Positions 58,469-64,000 of a stretch of 64,000 bases of DNA are shown piece after piece; the first letter of the stretch is position 1; every line of letters starts with the position of its first letter. Below the pieces are notes generated by a model. That model was not told the origin of the DNA and ran no database searches. It saw only the letters and a list, made by a program, of their open reading frames with translations. Source of the DNA: a virus (lineage: Duplodnaviria > Caudoviricetes); IMG/VR virus record IMGVR_UViG_3300045595_000041, positions 1 through 64,000 of that record. One strand, given 5' to 3'. The position numbers and the translations under genes are program-made.

Positions 58469-60072
58469 AAAGCAAGATGCTTGATTCTTTACTGAATGCT
58501 GTCACACCAGAATCTATAATAGCTAACTCGTTCAAGAGAAGCACTTCTCCATGGAATGACGACCCTATGGAGTTCTTCGAATCAGACAAGTTCTGCAATA
58601 TGAAGCTGTATCCTAGACAGAGACTGATGCTTAAGCTATGGAATCTGCAATTAGATGACCTGTCTGATTACGAAAAGAAGACATTAGACTCATGGAGAGC
58701 TTCTTTCTCAAATGATCAGTATACGATAGGCGTCAATGAGGACATATATGAAAGAGTAGCAATTCTGAAGAAGAACGGCTACTTGTGGTTCAATACGATC
58801 GTTCCGATTCTTGGAAGACGAGCATCCAAGACTATGATGTCTGGTGCTCAGCTATGCCTTCAAGATGCTACTTTGATGTGGGATGGCATACCATCTGTCA
58901 CTGTAGATGATGCTGGCGAGGGTGAAGACAAAGATGACTCTACATATTCGTTTGTAATGGCTAAGACGCAAGGCCAGGCTAAAGAGACTACGTTCGCAGC
59001 TCACTATAATGCAGTAATGCATTGCAAATGGCTAAAGCAATACATTGAAAGAGCTACTCCGTTCGAGATAAGATTTCAGACGTTCGATGACAGAATGCAA
59101 TCTATCGATCTAGTAAGTCAGGGAATGCCGCTTGAAAAGCCAATCTCATCATTTGTAGCAAGGCCTGTGTCATCCGATTCCGATTCTATACGTGGTAGAG
59201 CTTGCGTATCTCCAGATTCGTATGTGCTTGACTATCAAAGACATTGGGTTCAGCTTAGCACTATTCATCCTGGAAGCAGAATACTTGCTTTTCATGAGCA
59301 TGAACCGTATTCATTGACAGAAGCTGTAGTTCTGAACATGTGGAAGACGAAGAAGGAATGCGTAAGACTGCATGTCTCTAAGAATGTCAATATGCCATTA
59401 GTCTGCTCCATAGACCATAAGGTTCAGATGAATGACTGGTCTTGGAAAGAAGCAGGAGCTTTGTCTAAAGGTGACATAGTTCGTACAGCTGACAGCACTA
59501 AGACTGTTCTTGAAGTCGAACATGTCGGAGAGCAAGATCTGATAGACATGACTACTTCTTCGCATACGTATCTTGCTAACAACATTCGATCTCACAACTG
59601 CGTATCGCTTGCTTATGACGAGATCTTCTTTGCTAATGCTGGGCAGTCGTCAAGATCTGGCGACAGAGGCGTCAAAGCAATGCAGCCAGCTTTGCAGCAG
59701 TTCGGCAAATACAAGCTGATGCTTTTCCCATCTTCTCCATGGACTAGAAATGGAGTAGTGTATGACAAGTACTTGCAAGGTAGAGAGCATGTCAAAGAGT
59801 ACATTGAGAAATACGGTCTCTCAAGCAAAGAGAAAGATGCTCTAGACAAAGACATTGAGCATACGAAGAAAGCTATCATAACAGATCCCACTATATTCGT
59901 AGCTCAGTTAGAGTCTTGGAATCTTTATGAAGACTTCGACAGTCAAGCATATGTTCCGACATACTATTCTGGCTTCAAAGCGAAGAAGCTTGTCATAGAT
60001 GACAATGGCCATAAGACTGAAATAGTCGCAGATACTAATGCTGTTGAAGGAGACTATGTCTATGTAGAATGA
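58465..60072 (+). CDS. terL: Terminase large subunit, ATPase domain only, containing a mini-intein
   Basis: LYPRQ adenine-binding motif, GRRASKT Walker A, IRG...LAYDE Walker B, PSSPW coupling motif; no RNase H-like nuclease domain. Confidence 0.8.
   Translation: MKSKMLDSLLNAVTPESIIANSFKRSTSPWNDDPMEFFESDKFCNMKLYPRQRLMLKLWNLQLDDLSDYEKKTLDSWRASFSNDQYTIGVNEDIYERVAILKKNGYLWFNTIVPILGRRASKTMMSGAQLCLQDATLMWDGIPSVTVDDAGEGEDKDDSTYSFVMAKTQGQAKETTFAAHYNAVMHCKWLKQYIERATPFEIRFQTFDDRMQSIDLVSQGMPLEKPISSFVARPVSSDSDSIRGRACVSPDSYVLDYQRHWVQLSTIHPGSRILAFHEHEPYSLTEAVVLNMWKTKKECVRLHVSKNVNMPLVCSIDHKVQMNDWSWKEAGALSKGDIVRTADSTKTVLEVEHVGEQDLIDMTTSSHTYLANNIRSHNCVSLAYDEIFFANAGQSSRSGDRGVKAMQPALQQFGKYKLMLFPSSPWTRNGVVYDKYLQGREHVKEYIEKYGLSSKEKDALDKDIEHTKKAIITDPTIFVAQLESWNLYEDFDSQAYVPTYYSGFKAKKLVIDDNGHKTEIVADTNAVEGDYVYVE
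59203..59598 (+). mobile_element. Mini-intein (132 aa, no endonuclease)
   Basis: Starts CVSPDSYV, block B CSIDH, ends YLANNIRSHN followed by Cys+1. Confidence 0.88.
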
Positions 60073-60079
60073 CATAGAT

Positions 60080-60108
60080 TTTACTTTCTTTCAAAAGTGT
60101 TATATAAT
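60080..60108 (+). promoter_or_regulatory. Sigma70-type promoter
   Basis: TTTACT-N17-TATAAT. Confidence 0.75.
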
Positions 60109-60139
60109 ATAATTACAAAATAAAAAACAAGACAAAGGA

Positions 60140-60616
60140 ATGACAATGAAATACAAGAAAGCATTGCTAGCAATTACGAATATGCTTAACTGCGTAGCAG
60201 AAACTGACACTAATCCGAACATTTCGTTTAGAGTGCATTTCAAAGACAAAAAAGATGACAAAGCGCTTAATGACATAAATCAAGCACTAGTCAATCTTGG
60301 ACTTGATACGTATTCATGCGTATTTGTAGACAAGAGCTACTGGAAAGCAGTATGCGCTGATACGTCTAACAATGTGCATATCAATGCAAATCTTGACTTC
60401 GATCTACCCGAAGAAGAATGGTCTGACGATGTCAAGGAAGACGACAGGAAAGCTAAGAGACTTGCTTCGAAATCGTATCTGTCTAAAGAGCAAGAAGACG
60501 CTCTCGAAATCATTCGAGACATAATCAGCATTGGCATCAGTCCAGATGATGCTGCAAAAGTGCTAGAAGCTTTGTCTAAGAAATACGACATCAAGAAGAA
60601 AGAGAACAAGATTTGA
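60140..60616 (+). CDS. Hypothetical protein
   Basis: RBS AAAGGA; first gene after promoter. Confidence 0.65.
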   Translation: MTMKYKKALLAITNMLNCVAETDTNPNISFRVHFKDKKDDKALNDINQALVNLGLDTYSCVFVDKSYWKAVCADTSNNVHINANLDFDLPEEEWSDDVKEDDRKAKRLASKSYLSKEQEDALEIIRDIISIGISPDDAAKVLEALSKKYDIKKKENKI

Positions 60617-60909
60617 AGATAAGTTCTGGACGAAAAAGGCTACGAAGCGACATAGCAAAGAGAATCTACTTCGATGCAAGCACATCTTCAGACATCAAAG
60701 AAGACTTCAGCAAAGTCAAGCCGCTAATTCAAGCATCTGTGCAACATGACTACACTAACATCAGCAATCATTTCAATGGTCAGCCATTCAAGATCAAATT
60801 CTGCAAGACTTGGGTAGAGCATCATTGTCTAGTAGTGATGTTCGCAATTGGATATGTAGATGAAGCTAATGACTCTATATACAGGAAGAAAAGTAGGAAA
60901 ACGCTTTGA
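60613..60909 (+). CDS. Hypothetical protein
   Basis: Coupled ORF. Confidence 0.55.
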   Translation: MKISSGRKRLRSDIAKRIYFDASTSSDIKEDFSKVKPLIQASVQHDYTNISNHFNGQPFKIKFCKTWVEHHCLVVMFAIGYVDEANDSIYRKKSRKTL

Positions 60910-61157
60910 TTACAGATAAACACGAAAGTTTCGAATCAATAGAATACAATAATCTTTATGGATACGTAAAGAAAGATAAAGTTCCTATTAGCATTGATTT
61001 TGACAAAGATGAAATCGTCTATGCATACAGGTACTTTGTTTTCGTATTTGTCGGTACAATCATACGAATAGGCAAGAAAAGAGTTGGCTATTCTACAAGA
61101 GAAGAAGCTATAGACAGTTTCAAGAAATACGCTTCTGTTGAAGGCTTCAAATACTAG
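60906..61157 (+). CDS. Hypothetical protein
   Basis: Coupled ORF. Confidence 0.55.
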   Translation: MITDKHESFESIEYNNLYGYVKKDKVPISIDFDKDEIVYAYRYFVFVFVGTIIRIGKKRVGYSTREEAIDSFKKYASVEGFKY

Positions 61158-61171
61158 AAAGATTTGATATC

Positions 61172-61492
61172 ATGGCGAACGATCAAGAATACTCTATCTT
61201 AGACGCTTTTGAATATGTGAAAAGCAATGAAAACATTACGTCAAAGCCTGCTATCAATGACTTTGTCTATGTTACTCGCAATACGTACATTGATGGCAAT
61301 GGCTATTATGGCAAGATTGCATACTATTCAGATGTTTCACGAGTCATCATGCCTGTTCCAGCATTGCTATATTACAATGACAAGTATGGAGTAGACGGAA
61401 TGCAATACAAGTCTATTCTTGACTTGCTTATGTCTGGATATTCATTCATCAAAATATCTGAAAAGCAATACAATGACAATGCAAAAGTATGA
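61172..61492 (+). CDS. Hypothetical protein
   Basis: 106-aa ORF. Confidence 0.6.
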   Translation: MANDQEYSILDAFEYVKSNENITSKPAINDFVYVTRNTYIDGNGYYGKIAYYSDVSRVIMPVPALLYYNDKYGVDGMQYKSILDLLMSGYSFIKISEKQYNDNAKV

Positions 61493-61513
61493 TAGCTTTG
61501 CTTCAATCTTGAT

Positions 61514-61542
61514 TTTACTTTCTTGTCATTGTGTTATATAAT
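61514..61542 (+). promoter_or_regulatory. Sigma70-type promoter
   Basis: TTTACT-N17-TATAAT. Confidence 0.75.
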
Positions 61543-61581
61543 ATAACTATAAACAAAAACAAATCTATCGAAAGGAATGAA

Positions 61582-62235
61582 ATGAGTAAGCATATCATAA
61601 CCGACTACATGGCAGGCGAGGTCGGAGACAGGTATTACGAGGTGCATGTCAACGATCCAAGCGACGGATCGATATATATCGACGTCGTGGACCATGTGGA
61701 TGGGTCGGACAGTGTAAATCGTTACCATCTCGATTGTAGAGAGTTCGATAGGATGTGGTCGGACATACGGCTTTTCGATCATTTCGAACGCGAGGTACCG
61801 GATACCGAGCCCGCCGATGACGACATGGAACGGATCACCGACATCAAGCAAGTGTGCTCGGGTGATATCGAGGTCACGAAGAGCGGCAACCGGTATGAGG
61901 TGATTGAAACTGATATCACTCCAGACACTCTCAAGCTGCGCGTTGCCATCCCCGAATCCAACGATGAATACACGTGGCTTCATAATTCTGCTTTCGCGTA
62001 TGCGCTTCGCCCGAAGCCCAAGGTTCCCACCGAACCGGGATTGTACATGGACAATAAAAAGAACGTGTGGTTGCTGTACGATGATGGCACTCGTCAACTA
62101 ATACGTCGTGATGGACGGTATGTGAGCTTTGGTCTCAGAAGAAATGGTCTCAGAAGAAATGGTCTCAGAAGAAATGGTCTCAGCCCTAAGTTCGCACCAT
62201 ACTCTCGTATCGACTTGGATGACGACCATGAGTGA
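61582..62235 (+). CDS. Hypothetical protein (GC-richer island)
   Basis: RBS GAAAGGA; PTEPGLY motif; GLRRN tandem repeat. Confidence 0.65.
   Translation: MSKHIITDYMAGEVGDRYYEVHVNDPSDGSIYIDVVDHVDGSDSVNRYHLDCREFDRMWSDIRLFDHFEREVPDTEPADDDMERITDIKQVCSGDIEVTKSGNRYEVIETDITPDTLKLRVAIPESNDEYTWLHNSAFAYALRPKPKVPTEPGLYMDNKKNVWLLYDDGTRQLIRRDGRYVSFGLRRNGLRRNGLRRNGLSPKFAPYSRIDLDDDHE
62130..62183 (+). repeat. 15-bp in-frame tandem repeat, ~3.6 copies
   Basis: TGGTCTCAGAAGAAA x3 + TGGTCTCAG. Confidence 0.95.
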
Positions 62236-62383
62236 ACAGGTTGAAAACGTTGTAGCATATATGAAGTTTGAATTTGATTGTCCGTTTTGTGATGGTGTGA
62301 CTTCTTTAGACCACGACCCGGCAGGAGAAGATGTAGAATGCTCTGATTGTGGTGAAACAGTGCATATCAGTGAAAGTAGATAG
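62228..62383 (+). CDS. Small Zn-ribbon protein
   Basis: CPFC...CSDCG. Confidence 0.55.
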   Translation: MSEQVENVVAYMKFEFDCPFCDGVTSLDHDPAGEDVECSDCGETVHISESR

Positions 62384-62391
62384 TAACTACA

Positions 62392-62616
62392 ATGAATGAT
62401 TACAAAGACCGTATGGCAACTGAATATTTCGAGTTGAAAGAACGTATATCAAAACTGCGGTCGATGCTGCGCGACTGGACGATAGGACAGCTTGATTTCG
62501 AGCCTACATGTTCGTTCGACCTGCTGAGCGCCCAGTTATGTGTCATGGAGGCGTATGAGTCGATTCTCGCTGAGCGTGCTCGAATCGAGAACATCAACCT
62601 AAAGGAGGAATCATGA
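62392..62616 (+). CDS. crAss001_48-like small protein
   Basis: YK.RM..EY.ELKER..KL...P.C..DLL..QL..M..Y..IL..RA..E.I.L pattern (recalled). Confidence 0.6.
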   Translation: MNDYKDRMATEYFELKERISKLRSMLRDWTIGQLDFEPTCSFDLLSAQLCVMEAYESILAERARIENINLKEES

Positions 62617-63026
62617 GCGAGCTGATAGCAAAGGATATGCCGGAACCAGAAAACGATGATGTCGTTTTAATTCTATGTGAACGTTATTTTTTGCCCGCTG
62701 TACAAGGCGAGTATGGGTGGGTTGTAAGTGGCGCAACGCCACGCTCGTGGGATAGCCTAGTCGCAAGATACAGTGGGTACCCTGTCGAAACATTATCCGA
62801 GCATGACAAGCGTATCCGTCGCGAGGCGCTGATTGCGACGGACGAGGAAGTGAAAGCCGTGGCAGACGAGTTAGCGGCATGGAATTTCGATGTCGCGATG
62901 AATTCGTGCATAACGATAAATGGCGCTTCCGCTGATTTTAGTAGTCGCTCTTTCGAGTTGCTTGCCAAGCGTGTGTTGAACGCCGCTTACAAGGCGGCGG
63001 CTTCCAGCCGGGAGCGTGAATCATGA
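62613..63026 (+). CDS. Hypothetical protein (paralogue of 63023)
   Basis: MSEL...MPEP and E.L.EHD.RIR shared with next gene. Confidence 0.65.
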   Translation: MSELIAKDMPEPENDDVVLILCERYFLPAVQGEYGWVVSGATPRSWDSLVARYSGYPVETLSEHDKRIRREALIATDEEVKAVADELAAWNFDVAMNSCITINGASADFSSRSFELLAKRVLNAAYKAAASSRERES

Positions 63027-63511
63027 GTGAACTGATGACCCAGAACATGCCGGAACCGAAAGAGCCGGGACTCTATCTTATTGCAGGCGAAGCCGTTCTG
63101 CCGACTGTAGTTGTACGTTGTACAGATGACTTGGATAAGGAATTCCATTGGATGATGGTCGGAAGCACATGGATGTATAACTGGGAGGGCATCCTCTTCG
63201 AGTGGCTTCCATCTGATATTGCGTATACCATAGAGTCCCTGACCGAGCATGACGAGCGTATTCGTGATGAGACTGCACAAGACATTGCAAGTAGATATTC
63301 AATTACACGTGGACCATTGACACAGGATGAGTTGGACAAGTCACAGAGTCTTCTCGATTCATTTATGAGCGATTTTGTTAAAGCACCAAGACTTGTTGAC
63401 CATGATCGCGATATAGCTAGCAAGGCATGGCGTGAAGGTCATTCTGCTGGTGAATACGACAGGCTGCTAGACAACATTGACATATCTCCAAATCCATACG
63501 AAATCGAATAA
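63023..63511 (+). CDS. Hypothetical protein
   Basis: MSEL...MPEP.EPGLY; HDR..A.KAW.EG...G..NPY C-terminus. Confidence 0.65.
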   Translation: MSELMTQNMPEPKEPGLYLIAGEAVLPTVVVRCTDDLDKEFHWMMVGSTWMYNWEGILFEWLPSDIAYTIESLTEHDERIRDETAQDIASRYSITRGPLTQDELDKSQSLLDSFMSDFVKAPRLVDHDRDIASKAWREGHSAGEYDRLLDNIDISPNPYEIE

Positions 63512-63725
63512 TAGTGAATATGCAGTTGACAACCAAAGACATGGCAGAATCTGAAGACGTATCGCTGACATGTATAGAGAAAGGCATTCTATGAATTGGC
63601 AAGATGTTGTCGTTACGGTGGCTATCCTAGCCGCAATAGTTCTGATTAGCTGGATGAATCGAAAAAAGTAGACATGAAGAATATTCTCATTGCATTGGAG
63701 CTGCGAATGACAAGGAGCAGTAATT

Positions 63726-63956
63726 TTGAGAGACAAGCTCAAATATGCTGAATACAAGCGCGAATACAATCGCAAATATATGCAAAGGAAACGAGAAGAG
63801 AAGAGGCTAGAGGAGCTAGAAGATATTGAATTATCTACAGTCAAGGTAGACATTGACGATCCAGCAACATACAAGCTGATACAGAGAATGAGACAGCCGA
63901 AAACTAAGAGAGGAAATTTGGAGCTTCATAATATGCTAGATGACGTAGGCAGCTGA
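63726..63956 (+). CDS. Small basic hypothetical protein
   Basis: RBS AAGGAG, TTG start; REYNRKYM..KR. Confidence 0.5.
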   Translation: MRDKLKYAEYKREYNRKYMQRKREEKRLEELEDIELSTVKVDIDDPATYKLIQRMRQPKTKRGNLELHNMLDDVGS

Positions 63957-64000
63957 TCAGATTCCTGATATCGCTAAAGCATACATCAAAATGAGCTGAT

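Noticed and set aside
15410-60072. Possible depletion of CC/GG-containing words in the core genome
   Set aside because: Only an impression by eye; it cannot be separated from codon bias without k-mer counts.
4765-63874. Numerous minus-strand and alternate-frame ORFs inside long genes
   Set aside because: Ser/Leu-rich antisense shadows without RBS or motifs, overlapping well-supported genes.

Overview
The window is a 64-kb segment of a large lytic dsDNA tailed phage, almost entirely coded on the + strand. Its major capsid, portal, neck and prohead-protease proteins resemble, from recall, those of Bxz1-like (cluster C) actinobacterial myoviruses. A WhiB gene points to an actinobacterial host; Bifidobacterium is a plausible guess but an inference. 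Gene order: a mosaic, partly decayed receptor-binding locus (1-3054); holin and GH25 endolysin; head genes with a free-standing homing endonuclease; neck and baseplate genes and a 2417-aa LysM/CBM-repeat tail protein; a ~560-bp alternating purine-pyrimidine repeat tract between divergent promoters; portal; then a near-complete replisome (NAD ligase, DnaE, DnaQ-like, 5'-3' exonuclease, SSB, RecA, DnaC-like, DnaB, primase). Interleaved with these are nucleotide-metabolism genes, four glycosyltransferases, a small tRNA cluster, and an ATPase-only terminase with a mini-intein. A GC-richer accessory island lies at the right end. Two signals stand out. (1) Seven dispersed ~100-bp imperfect palindromes have diverged in sequence but keep identical geometry: ACGT cores exactly 76 bp apart, centred on AATT. 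(2) A candidate DNA hypermodification pathway pairs a T4 beta-glucosyltransferase-like gene, embedded between helicase and primase, with a ThyX variant whose signature is altered (RNR-x7-C); no ThyA-fold hydroxymethylase is present in the window. All family assignments come from motif recognition by eye; no database searches were run.
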